Position numbers and translations under genes: made by a program
Notes under the pieces: generated by a model
Seen by the model: only the letters and a program-made list of their open reading frames with translations
Databases searched by the model: none
Told to the model about the DNA's origin: nothing
Shown: positions 1 to 8,008 of the stretch, piece after piece
How positions within the stretch are numbered: the first letter of the stretch is position 1
How the letters are laid out: each line of letters opens with the position of its first letter
Assembly (NCBI GenBank): GCA_963697275.1
Contig: CAVONF010000003.1
Span: forward strand, 607-64,606
Reading direction: 5' to 3'
Origin: an uncultured Chloroflexia bacterium
GTDB lineage: Bacteria; Chloroflexota; Limnocylindria; Limnocylindrales; CSP1-4
Length of the DNA stretch: 64,000 nucleotides

Positions 1-237
1 TAAGCCATCCTCGCTGGGCATCGCGAGAGGGCGCGCCACCAACACCGCAGCGACGCGTGAGTCATCGCTTTGGACGTCTTGCTGGTCGCGTCCCATCGTC
101 TGGCTCCAGTGCGGTCGTTCCGAACGCTTCCGAACACATGGTGTCGTTCGAGGCTCATCGCGCCCCGATGGCTTGCTGTCATGCCCCGTCCATGCCCTCA
201 TGCAGCCATGGACACCAGCACCACGAAGGAGCGACCG

Positions 238-489
238 ATGGCCATCACCACGACCCGCGAGCAGCGCCGCATCGAGAACCACGAGCGCGCCCTGGCCGCC
301 TATCTGGAGCACCACGCCGCCGCGGTGGCGCTCGTCGAGCGCATCCAGGTCGCCATCGCCAACCACGACCTCGCCCCCGACCCCGAGGCCATCACCTGGG
401 GCACGGTCGGCGACATGGAGCGGGTTCGCCACGACCTCCAGGAGATTTGCGACTACCTGTTCAACGAGGGCGAGTACGCGGAGGCCTAG
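238..489 (+). CDS. hypothetical small acidic protein (83 aa)
   Basis: Tail of ORF 70..489. The ATG at 238 sits 6 nt after AAGGAG and GC3 is strong. MAITTTREQRRIENHERALAAYLEHH... has no domain I recognise. Confidence 0.5.
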   Translation: MAITTTREQRRIENHERALAAYLEHHAAAVALVERIQVAIANHDLAPDPEAITWGTVGDMERVRHDLQEICDYLFNEGEYAEA

Positions 490-514
490 ACGGACCACAG
501 GAAGGAGAGCCACG

Positions 515-743
515 ATGACAACGGCGAAGACCAGCACCGAGCTCCGCCGCTGCACGGGCAGCGCCCGCTTCGGCATCGAGCCGCACGAGGCGCCGGTCGC
601 GCGACTTCCCCAAGCAGCCCAGCCGCAAGGACGGCCTGGGCACGATGTGCACCGAGCACTGGCGGGCGTACGTGAAGGGCCTGCGGGAGGCGCGGAAGGT
701 GGCGACGGTGGCCGACGAGGGACCGGAGGCTGACGCCGCGTAG
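515..743 (+). CDS. hypothetical small Cys-containing protein, apparent 1-nt frameshift near 600
   Basis: GGAAGGAG RBS, then ATG 515 (MTTAKTSTELRRCTGSARFGIEPHEAP). It continues in another frame as FPKQPSRKDGLGTMCTEHWRAYVKGLREARK to TAG 741-743. Confidence 0.45.
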
Positions 744-761
744 CGCGACCGTCCGCCGCTC

Positions 762-852
762 CACGGGCCCCGGGCGAACGTCCGGGGCCTTCCTGCGTCC
801 GGTCGGGCAAGGACGCCACCAGCCGGCGGCGGCGCCCTCGGTGGCCCTGTGG
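762..852. repeat. repeat family B, copy 1
   Basis: CACGGGCCCCGGGCG..CCGGGGCCT.CCT.CGTCCGGTCG...GCGGCGCCCTCGGTGGCCCTGTGG recurs at 27385-27457. Confidence 0.6.
766..789 (+). terminator. GC-rich hairpin after small ORF
   Basis: GGCCCCGG (766-773) pairs with CCGGGGCC (782-789) around an 8-nt loop, followed by TTCCTG. Confidence 0.45.
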
Positions 853-902
853 GCCCGGGGCGGACGTCGCCTCGACCGGTGCGACCGTTCCTGGGGTCGG
901 GC

Positions 903-1036
903 GGATGACGCCCACGGGGCGTTAGCACCCTGCTAGACAGCGGTGGGAGAATCGTGGCGTAGCGGGAGGCATTGAGACGCGGCCCCGTGGTGGCCGCCTT
1001 GGACCGCGCCGAGCCACTGGCGAACCCGGCCCGCCC
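903..1036 (+). promoter_or_regulatory. conserved leader element, diverged copy L10
   Basis: Retains GCACCCTGCTAG, GTGGCGT, AGCGGGAGGC, GACGCGGCCCC...TGGCCGCC..GGACCGCGCCGAGCCACTGGCGAACCCGGCCCGCC, with an extra ~11 nt in the 5' half. It ends 18 nt before ATG 1055. Confidence 0.6.
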
Positions 1037-1054
1037 GAGTATGGGGGACTTGTC

Positions 1055-1979
1055 ATGCGCAGGTCGTGGGCCGCTGCTGCGGCCTTCCTTCTCTTCATGA
1101 GCGTCGGCGCGCTGGCGGCGTCCGCGGAGGAGTCCTCGACGTCAGCGAGCGTCGAGATCCCCGCGGTGTACGCGCACCCCGAGGTCCTCGTCGACGCGGC
1201 CTGGCTCGCTGCACACCTCGACGACCCGACGGTGCGGATCGTGGATGCGCGCATGCCCTTCGAGGCCTCGCTCTACGCGTCAGCACACATCCCCGGCGCC
1301 GTCTTCGTCAACGTGAGCAGCGACCTCTGCTGCCCCTCCGGCATCATGCCTGCCGATGCGTTCGCCTCGCTCATGGGCAGGCTGGGCATCGGGGATGACA
1401 CGACCGTGGTCGTCTACGACACCGAGGGCGGCCGCTGGGCGGCCCGGCTGTGGTGGGCGCTGCACTACTACGGCCATGACGATGCGGCCATGCTGAACGG
1501 TGGCCTGCGTGCGTGGGTCGGCTCGGGCGGCGCGGTCGAGACCGAGGCGCCCGCTGTCGGGCCGGCCGTCTTCACACCGGAGGTCCAGCCACGCTGGCGA
1601 GCAACGATCGACGAGGTCAAGGCGGCCATCGATCGGTCCGCGGTCCATCTCGTGGACGCCCTGCCGCGGTCCAGCTACGCCGGCGATTGGCCCGACTTCG
1701 GCGGCGGACACATCCCGAGCGCGGTCAGCCTGCCGGCCCCCCGACACGCTCAACGAGGTCACACTCGCGGTCCACAGCCCGGATGTGCTCTCGCCCATGC
1801 TCATGCGCCTCGGGCTCGACCCAGCGCAGCGCAACATCACCTACTGCGGCGGCGGTGTCTACGGCGCCCACGATGCGTTCGTGCTCTACCTCATGGGCTT
1901 CGACGAGGTCGGTCTCTACGACGGCTCGCTGGGCGAGTGGACGAGCGACCCCTCCAACCCCGTGGAGGTCGTGCCCTGA
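1055..1979 (+). CDS. exported two-domain rhodanese (thiosulfate sulfurtransferase-like), frameshift at C-run 1736-1742
   Basis: ORF 1055..1990 N-part (signal peptide MRRSWAAAAAFLLFMSVGALAASA, rhodanese-like HIPGAV, DDTTVVVYD, ARLWWAL) joins the 1500..1979 frame (ITYCGGGVYGAH active-site loop, EWTSDPSNPVEVVP). Confidence 0.8.
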
Positions 1980-2035
1980 CATCACCGTGACCGCCGGGCG
2001 CCCGGCCATGGTGTCCCCGGCGCCATCAGGAAGCT

Positions 2036-2060
2036 GGCCCGTCCCACTCCGGGGCGGGCC
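2036..2060 (+). terminator. conserved cassette terminator hairpin (GGCCCGTCCC-loop-GGGGCGGGCC)
   Basis: 10-bp stem 2036-2045 / 2051-2060 with a 5-nt loop, 57 nt after the rhodanese stop. Confidence 0.55.
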
Positions 2061-2084
2061 AGCCCTCATCTCGGTCGCGCCCCT

Positions 2085-2216
2085 TTCGTGACCTCCGCCT
2101 CTTGCGCCCCGTGCTGCGGCCGTGGCGTCATACACGGCAGAGCGGGAGGCGCTGACGCACGGTCCACACCCTGGTCGCCGGGACCGTGCCGAGCCACTGG
2201 CGGACCCGACCCGCCC
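2085..2216 (+). promoter_or_regulatory. conserved leader element L1
   Basis: TTCGTGACCTCCGCCTCTTGCGCC...GTGGCGTCATAC...AGAGCGGGAGGC...GCACGGTCC...GGGACCGTGCCGAGCCACTGGCGG. It ends 19 nt before ATG 2236, with GGAAGGAG in between. Confidence 0.75.
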
Positions 2217-2235
2217 ACAGCGGAAGGAGATCGTG

Positions 2236-2792
2236 ATGCGGACCACGCGACACTCTCTCGGGGGAACACTGCTGGCGTGTCTCCTCATGGCGACGGCACC
2301 GCTACCGGGCGTGCTGGCCGCCGATGACAGCGCAGCCATGGCCGAACATCCCTTCGTCGGCGTATGGGTGGCTGACAGCGATCCCGGTGACCAGCTCGAG
2401 GGGAACGAGCTGAGCATCGTCGAGCCGGGCGGCTCGGTGGTGAACGTCCGACCCGATGCCAGCAACGCCGGGTGTGGGCCCCGACCGGCGAGCGCAGCGC
2501 GGACATGACGTTCTACGTCGCCATGACCGATCCTGAGGCCGGGTTCCTCGGCTTCATGCTCATCCGTGGCGACGCCGTCGTATCCGAGGATGGGCAGACC
2601 TTCAGTGGGACCTGGACCATCGAGTTCCCGCCCGCCGTGGTCGCAGCGACCGGGATGCCCGCCGGTCAGCTCGGGCCCGGCGAAGTGACCGGACGACGTG
2701 TCGACCTCGAGTCGATGGGCACTCCCGTCGCGCCCTGGCCGCTGCCGGCTCCTGCGGAGGAGGGGGCAACGGGCGAGGGGAGCTCCGAGTAG
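2236..2792 (+). CDS. secreted protein with lipocalin-like G-x-W / DG repeat pattern, frameshift near 2470
   Basis: MRTTRHSLGGTLLACLLMATAPLPGVLAADDS signal peptide (in ORF 2122..2508) joins ORF 2472..2792 (VWAPTGERSADMTFYVAMTD...GTWTIEFPP). Confidence 0.65.
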
Positions 2793-2831
2793 CAGCGACC
2801 ATGGGCAGCAGGCCCTCGTGCACTGACCGAC

Positions 2832-2855
2832 GGCCCGTCCCGCGAGGGGCGGGCC
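2832..2855 (+). terminator. conserved cassette terminator hairpin
   Basis: GGCCCGTCCC / GGGGCGGGCC stem with a GCGA loop, followed by TCTTCCTGG. Confidence 0.55.
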
Positions 2856-2933
2856 TCTTCCTGGGTTCGCGCCCCACGAGCAAGGTGGGCGCCCTGTCGC
2901 GCCCGTCGGCGAACCTGGGAGTGGTGGTGGCCG

Positions 2934-3227
2934 TCATCGCTGCGCGCGCTCACGCCTCCGCCGCGAGGCACAGCGCGGCCCGCACAACACCGCCTGCCGG
3001 CGCCGACCGTCGAGCGACATGCCGCAGCAAGCGCAGATGCGTCCGGCAGGCCGGCGGCCGATGGCGGTGCGGTGGACCTCGCGCCAGACCAGGGGGCGGC
3101 CACGGCCGGGTCGGGCCTCGAGGTCGACGCCGCACTGGCGGCAGTGGCGGGGTGGGATGACCAGCGCCCGCAGCTGCGCCTTGCCCATCCGCGCCAGGGC
3201 CTCGAGGTCATCCATCACGGCCATCAT
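2934..3227 (-). CDS. small zinc-ribbon protein (CxxC...CxxC...C..RC), paralog of 12398..12691
   Basis: ORF 2934..3227, MMAVMDDLEALARMGKAQLRALVIPPRHCRQCG...CACCG...RRRQAVLCGPRCASRRRR. A second copy lies 9.5 kb away. Confidence 0.65.
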   Translation of the reverse strand: MMAVMDDLEALARMGKAQLRALVIPPRHCRQCGVDLEARPGRGRPLVWREVHRTAIGRRPAGRICACCGMSLDGRRRQAVLCGPRCASRRRRERAQR

Positions 3228-3305
3228 CCCATCGGGCGACCGGGTTTCCGCATCAATACGGCGTAATCAGGCGAAACGCGGCCGCGTGCGTTACGTGCGG
3301 CGTGG
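2934..3305. repeat. segmental duplication C, copy 1 (Zn-ribbon gene + upstream block + MFS 3' remnant)
   Basis: Aligns with 12398-12775. The block 3228-3300 is almost identical. 3253..3305 keeps only TTPHVT.AA.FRLITPY*, the C-terminus of the MFS gene intact in copy 2. Confidence 0.75.
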
Positions 3306-3422
3306 TTCCCGGGCGCCGATGTCGCACACATGTATATGCCCCGGGCTTCAGCACCCTGGCTGGTGCACCTCGCGGCGCATCAGTCCGTCGGTCGGTGACC
3401 GCTCCTGCGTCCCCGTCACCGA

Positions 3423-3871
3423 TCAGCGATGTCTCCAGAGGCGCCACGAACCGGCCGCCAGGAAGATCGCGCCGAGGGTCAGGCCGGCGAGACCTCCTTG
3501 CTGGAAGAGATCCTCAAGCCGCACGCGATGCCAGGCGTGCAGGACTGGACCAGCGGGTCCAGCGACTGGGCCGTGCATGCGGCTCCAGGCACCAGGAACA
3601 GGAAGCCCACCGCTACCAGCAACAGACCCACGTCGTCCGCCAGGTACCGCATCTCGAACACCCGCAGCGCTGCGGCACGAGTATCCTGAGCTGGGAGGCT
3701 GACTTCGTTGAAGGAGCCCCGGATGACTGCGCCTGAGCCAGCTGCGACCGCTGGCCCGACGATGGCCTCGTCCATGCTCGGGCTACCGACGGCGATGCAT
3801 GGGCATCTACGAGTGCTAGCCTCCTCGAGCATGGCGACGAGCTCGTCGAGCTCGGCGTCGGGAGCGGTCAT
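3423..3871 (-). CDS. hypothetical protein with C-terminal TM segment, probable frameshift near 3540
   Basis: ORF 3479..3871 (MTAPDAELDELVAMLEE...LLLVAVGFLFLV) with good GC3. An alternative frame continues ...LFQQGGLAGLTLGAIFLAAGSWRLWRHR* to 3423. Confidence 0.35.
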
Positions 3872-3929
3872 GTAGGGTTCGCACGGGAACGGGCTCCCGC
3901 CGCCCCTGGTCCGGTCGTGCGAGCCGCTA

Positions 3930-4418
3930 TCACCCCAAGTTCACCCACACCACGGTGGTCACGACCCACGGGGCACCGCATGCGAACACGAGGAGGAGCC
4001 AGTCGCCGACGAAGCCCGCCACTCCGGAGCGGCGGAGCAGGAGCAGGGCCATGACAGCGGCGCACACCGGCAGGGCGACGATGCCGACGAGGACGCCGAG
4101 GAAGAACACCGCCATCGCCGCCATGCCCGGTGCCGGGTGACCGGGGACGTGGAGCGTGTCGATCACGAGCAGGTAGTGACCGAGGCTGTAGAGGAGCCCC
4201 GCCGCGACGCTGACCACGAGCGCGAGCCCGAGCCGATCTCGCCTGCCCGTGTCAGGAGCCTCGGGTCTCGGAGGACCGAGCGGCTGACGGTCATGGTCAG
4301 CGAGTCCAACGGGAGGACGCCGCGAACCTCGGCGCGGCCTGGCAACAGGTGTACCCCACCGTGGAGCTGACCGCGAACCCCGGCGCCGCTTGGCCACAGA
4401 TGCACCCCACCCTGACAC
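3930..4418 (-). CDS. small 3-TM membrane protein, paralog family with 4591 and 5083 genes (start uncertain)
   Basis: ORF 3930..4418 with hydrophobic helices LGLALVVSVAAGLLYSLGHYLLVI, MAAMAVFFLGVLVGIVALPVCAAVMALLLL, WLLLVFACGAPWVVTTVVWV. The Arg-rich N-terminal part may not be translated. Confidence 0.5.
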   Translation of the reverse strand: MSGWGASVAKRRRGSRSAPRWGTPVARPRRGSRRPPVGLADHDRQPLGPPRPEAPDTGRRDRLGLALVVSVAAGLLYSLGHYLLVIDTLHVPGHPAPGMAAMAVFFLGVLVGIVALPVCAAVMALLLLRRSGVAGFVGDWLLLVFACGAPWVVTTVVWVNLG

Positions 4419-4590
4419 CGGCAGCGAGCGCGACCTCCCGGTGTCACTGCTATTCGTCCACGGCTGGCTCGGGAGGTCAAGGGCTGGACGGCCTAGCGAC
4501 CCGGAAGGCGTGATGGCGTGTGATACCCGCAGCTACACGGTATGCACCACCCACCGACGACCTCATGGGACGGGCAATGGCTCCTCGGGC

Positions 4591-4914
4591 CTATAGCCCC
4601 CACAGGTGCTGCCACGTCACGAAGGTCCCGACGAGCAGACCCGTAACGGAAAGCCCGAGCAATAGGGCGGTGTTTGTCCGGTCGCCTTTGCGCACCAGAA
4701 ACCAGAGGACAACCCCCACGACCACACCGACGAAGTAGACAAGAAGGACGCCCGCAAGGAGGAGGATCACAGCGCCTTCGACGGGTGGTGGCTTTTCGGG
4801 GTCGGGCCGCCAATCGGCAAGGACGAAGTACGGCAGGAGTCCCAGCAGCAACCCGACCGTCAGCGCCCCGACGGGCCCGAGCAGGGAACTTCGGTCCCTC
4901 ATGGCTCTCATCAT
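4591..4914 (-). CDS. small 3-TM membrane protein
   Basis: ORF 4591..4914, MMRAMRDRSSLLGPVGALTVGLLLGLLPYFVL... Its upstream region is conserved with that of the 5083 gene. Confidence 0.6.
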   Translation of the reverse strand: MMRAMRDRSSLLGPVGALTVGLLLGLLPYFVLADWRPDPEKPPPVEGAVILLLAGVLLVYFVGVVVGVVLWFLVRKGDRTNTALLLGLSVTGLLVGTFVTWQHLWGL

Positions 4915-5082
4915 CCGCTCGAGCCGCTGGCCGGCAAGGGACGAATGGCCCGCGACTCAAAGCGTGACGACCGAGGCACGCCCCGCGAAGACTCGTCACC
5001 CCTCAGGTCGTGTGACATCAGCAGGTACGCGGTACGCACTACCTGCGGACGCCCCCTCAAGGGAGAGCGGGGGACCTCGGGC

Positions 5083-5406
5083 TCAGAGCACGGTCCACGT
5101 CAGGATGAACCCGGCACCGAGACCTAGCACTGAGACGAGACCAAGCAACAGGCAGCCGAGGCCCGGGGAGTCCGCGGGGCCCTTGGGGGGCTTCAGGAGC
5201 CAGACCCACCAGATGACGCCGACGACCATCGGCAAGACCACCAACGAGAGGACGTGGAAGGCCCAGACGCCCAGCAGCCATTCCCCACGGTCGCGGTAGC
5301 CACCGAACTCCCAGAGGAAGTGGGGGGCGATTCCCAGCAGCACTCCAGCCGCGACCGCCGCGATGAGCGCGACCGTGAAGCTTCGGTCCCTCATGGGCCC
5401 CATCAT
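5083..5406 (-). CDS. small 3-TM membrane protein
   Basis: C-terminal part of ORF 5083..5706 starting MMGPMRDRSFTVALIAAVAAGVLLGIAPHF (ATGs at 5406/5403/5394). Confidence 0.6.
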   Translation of the reverse strand: MMGPMRDRSFTVALIAAVAAGVLLGIAPHFLWEFGGYRDRGEWLLGVWAFHVLSLVVLPMVVGVIWWVWLLKPPKGPADSPGLGCLLLGLVSVLGLGAGFILTWTVL

Positions 5407-5509
5407 CCGCTCGGGCCGCTGGCAGGCAAGGGACGAATGGCCCGCACCTCGAAGGGTGACGACCGAGGCCCACCCCCCCCGAGATGCAGGCCCATTCCCG
5501 CACCCGGAC

Positions 5510-5632
5510 TTCGTGACGTGACCTCCGCCTCTTGCACCCCGTGCTACCGAAGCGGCACCCTCGCAGCAGAGCGGGAGGCCACGACGCACGGCCCACACCC
5601 TGGCCGCCGGGACCGTGTCAAGCCACTGGCGG
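5510..5632 (+). promoter_or_regulatory. conserved leader element L2 (variant, cargo displaced by IS)
   Basis: TTCGTGAC-GTGAC-CTCCGCCTCTTGCACCCCGTGCTACCG, then GAAGCGGCACCCTCGCAGC replaces the GTGGCGTCATAC box. The 3' half is intact through GCCACTGGCGG. Confidence 0.7.
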
Positions 5633-5664
5633 CCTGCCCGAGAGGTGACTCGGACCGAGACGTA

Positions 5665-7097
5665 CCGACGGGCGGAAGCATCCAATTCCCTGTGCTGCAT
5701 GGTCACGCGATGACGGCCAGGGACGCCGTGACATCGCGGATCGCCCGGCCCAGTAGCGGCCCCAGGTGCCGTTCAGACGGAGCAGCCGCAGCTGCAGCAG
5801 ATGGCTGACGCCACGCCGGAACCAGCTCATGCCACGGATCTTGAAGCGACGGGCGATGACGATGTCGACGCCCTTCTCCATGGGCCCTGAGCGGCCAGCG
5901 GCACGATGCGGTAGTTGGCGATGGCCCGGGCGTTGTTCGCGACGTAGCCGATGACGGCCCGACAGCGGGAGGCCTGCTCGGGGTCGTCCGTCTCGAGCGC
6001 GCGGGCATGGGCGCGCAGGATCGCCAGGAGCGCCTCGACATCGCCGGGGGCTGCCGCCCCCGGCGCCGCCGCGAGGACGTCACCGTGCTCGCGGCCGGTG
6101 CCGAAGCGGAGCTGCTCGACGAGGTGGTACCAGTCGAGCAGCTCGATCGCGTCGGGGAAGCTGCGCTCGCGGATCCATCGATCGCGGCGGCCCCGTCCGA
6201 CACGAAGAGGATGCGCCGGGCCTCGTAGACGCCCAGCTCCGCGCAGAGGGCGGTGAAGCGCTCCGCGAACGTCGTCCACGACCCGGTGTCGCCGACGAGA
6301 TGCCGGTCGAGGAGCCGGCGGCGGTCCTTGCCGATCCGCTCGACGCCGCTGAAGACGAGCCCGAGCTTGACCTCCAGGTGGGTGCCGGAGCCGCGGTCGT
6401 TGACCATCGTGCCGTCGGCCTGGACCCAGACGTCCTCCTCGGATGGGGCGAGCGTCGGGCCGCGCTCCGGGTGGGTCCCGAAGACCGCCTCCTGGCGGGT
6501 CGCGATCTCGGCCTCGAGGTGGGTCCCTTCCTCCTTCACCCAGGGGTGGAGCTGGCCGTGGCTGACCGGCAGGTCGCGCAGCTCATCGAGCGCTCGAGCC
6601 GTCCTGGCATAGGAGAGCTCGGTCACGAGCCAGAGGGCCCGCTCGCGGACCCCGAGGGTGTGCTGCACACGGGGCTCGAGGCCGAGCGCCGCGTCGAGGG
6701 GCATGACCTCGGCCCCACAGGCACCGCACCGATAGCGACGGCGGGAGAGCTCGACCTCGCCCGCGAGGGTGACGAGGCGACGGCGGGCCCGGCCGTTGGC
6801 CTTCAGGATGCCGCCGCAGTCGACATGCCCGCGGCCCACGACGAGCGCAGCCTCGAGCGCGCTGACGATCTCCCGCCACAGTCGCTCCCCGACCTCCGCC
6901 AGGCCAGCGCTGACGGCACGCTCGAGCGAGCCGATGTCGGCACCCTCCGGATGCAGCTCGATGGTGAGCGTGACCGGGACGGCGATAGACTGCATGGCGA
7001 GCCCCTTCGGTGCTGGTTCCAACACCTCCAGCGTACGGATGGGGCTCACCCTGTTCCCGCCGCGCCAGCACAGACGTTTGGATGCAAACCCGACGGG
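5665..7097 (-). mobile_element. insertion sequence, ISLre2 (UPF0236)-like
   Basis: Imperfect terminal inverted repeats: 5665-5697 CCGACGGGCGGAAGCATCCAATTCCCTGTGCTG versus the reverse complement of 7066-7097 CAGCACAGACGTTTGGATGCAAACCCGACGGG. They enclose a single transposase gene. Ends are uncertain by about 20 nt. Confidence 0.7.
5703..6995 (-). CDS. ISLre2-family transposase, at least 2 frame changes
   Basis: MQSIAVPVTLTIEL...RRYRCGACG...DGTMV...ILFVSDGAAAI (ORF 5703..7235), then LLDWYHLVEQL (5827..6279), then IARRFKIRGMSWFRRGVSHLLQLRLLRLNGTW (5618..5881). This motif order is typical of UPF0236/ISLre2 transposases. Confidence 0.7.
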   Translation of the reverse strand: MQSIAVPVTLTIELHPEGADIGSLERAVSAGLAEVGERLWREIVSALEAALVVGRGHVDCGGILKANGRARRRLVTLAGEVELSRRRYRCGACGAEVMPLDAALGLEPRVQHTLGVRERALWLVTELSYARTARALDELRDLPVSHGQLHPWVKEEGTHLEAEIATRQEAVFGTHPERGPTLAPSEEDVWVQADGTMVNDRGSGTHLEVKLGLVFSGVERIGKDRRRLLDRHLVGDTGSWTTFAERFTALCAELGVYEARRILFVSDGAAAIDGSASAASPTRSSCSTGTTSSSSSASAPAASTVTSSRRRRGRQPPAMSRRSWRSCAPMPARSRRTTPSRPPAVGPSSATSRTTPGPSPTTASCRWPLRAHGEGRRHRHRPSLQDPWHELVPAWRQPSAAAAAAPSERHLGPLLGRAIRDVTASLAVIA

Positions 7098-7106
7098 CTG
7101 GAGCTG

Positions 7107-7136
7107 TTGACAGCCCCTCGCGCGGTGGACTACCCT
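7107..7136 (+). promoter_or_regulatory. candidate sigma70-type promoter just outside the IS right end
   Basis: TTGACA (7107-7112), 18-nt spacer, TACCCT (7131-7136). Confidence 0.3.
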
Positions 7137-7287
7137 GCCGCCTTCTCGGTCGCGTGCGGCGGCCCCGGTGGCCTGGCCGATCCGGCGACCCACCGTGATA
7201 GGGGGCGCGTGGGGGGAGAAGGAGGGTGCCGTCATGGCCGCACCGCCACCACCCCTGGACCGTCCAAGAGAGCAGCGCGGCTAGCCA

Positions 7288-7452
7288 ATGCTGCTCGGCG
7301 ACTGGCTCATCCTCAGCGGGATGGCCATGCTCATCATCGGTAGCGGCGGGTGGATCCTGCTCGAGTGGGTCGCGATCCTCCCGTCGCTGGGCCGCTCCGA
7401 ACGACAACGCCGTCCCACCACGCACCCCTCGTCGCCGACCCCGACGTGGTAG
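7288..7452 (+). CDS. possible small membrane peptide (54 aa)
   Basis: Self-translated MLLGDWLILSGMAMLIIGSGGWILLEWVAILPSLGRSERQRR...; below the ORF-track size cut-off and has no strong RBS. Confidence 0.25.
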   Translation: MLLGDWLILSGMAMLIIGSGGWILLEWVAILPSLGRSERQRRPTTHPSSPTPTW

Positions 7453-7475
7453 TAATCACCGGGGGGAGCAGGACG

Positions 7476-7551
7476 AGCCGCAGGCCCTCCACGTCCGCGG
7501 CCAGCTCGATGGCGTCGCTGAGCGTGGCCCCACCGGGCGTGCAGGGACCGA
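7476..7551. repeat. repeat family D, copy 1
   Basis: AGCCGCAGGCCCT.CACGTCCG.GGCCAGCTCGAT.GCG...GTGCA.GGACCGA recurs at 25968-26043. On the minus strand both copies read GPCTPGG....AIELA.DV.GLRL. Confidence 0.55.
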
Positions 7552-7757
7552 CGCGCCCGGGTCTCACGGTCGTGGCGGACGCGGAGCTGCTGGCCACGCC
7601 AGGGAACGGTGAGCGGGTCGGGGGCCTTCACGACGCTGGGCTAACGGTCGTGCCGCGCCGGGCCGGATGGCACTCCACGCGGTCGGGTCCGGTCCCGTAG
7701 CTTCCGCCATCGGGACACCGCACGCCTCCCGCTTTGGCGCTGCGTTCGCGCCCGAAA

Positions 7758-7782
7758 AGGCCCGTCGCACACTGACGGGCCT
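7758..7782 (-). terminator. hairpin with T-tract on minus strand
   Basis: AGGCCCGTC / GACGGGCCT 9-bp stem with a 7-nt loop. The minus strand continues TTTTCGGG. The transcript it would terminate is unclear. Confidence 0.35.
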
Positions 7783-7860
7783 CTCCTCATGCCGCTGGAC
7801 CCCGACCCTCTTGGCAACGCGTCGATGAGCCTGGTCCATCGTCGGAGACACCGCACCACC

Positions 7861-7979
7861 TTCGTGACCTCCGCCTCTTGAACGACGTGCTACCCCTGTG
7901 GCGTCATACGCAGCAGAGCGGGAGGCGATGACGCACGGCCCACACCCTGGCCGCCGGGACCGTGCCGAGCCACTGGCGG
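7861..7979 (+). promoter_or_regulatory. conserved leader element L3
   Basis: Full consensus with the TTGAACG variant of the -35-like box. It ends 29 nt before ATG 8009. Confidence 0.75.
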
Positions 7980-8008
7980 CGGCCCGTCGAGCGAGAAGGG
8001 TGCAGGCG

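Noticed and set aside
57-928. Overlapping ORFs 57..518, 173..733 and 461..928 at the window start.
   Set aside because: These are off-frame reads of the two small genes at 238..489 and 515..743, or of intergenic repeat B. Their composition is Pro/Arg/Ser-rich.
5703-6995. Programmed ribosomal frameshifting in the IS transposase.
   Set aside because: There is no slippery heptamer at the junctions, and I do not know ISLre2-family transposases to use frameshifting. The breaks fit the window-wide indel pattern.
7898-8008. Conserved peptide MASY.AEREA.THGP.PGRRDRAEPLA encoded by the leader element (also 2122.., 8548..), which could be a uORF or an N-terminal extension.
   Set aside because: Its frame relative to the downstream gene differs between copies: in-frame in L1 and L3, out of frame in L4, L5 and L6. 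It starts at a GTG inside the conserved box with no RBS, and it reads like typical high-GC off-frame sequence.
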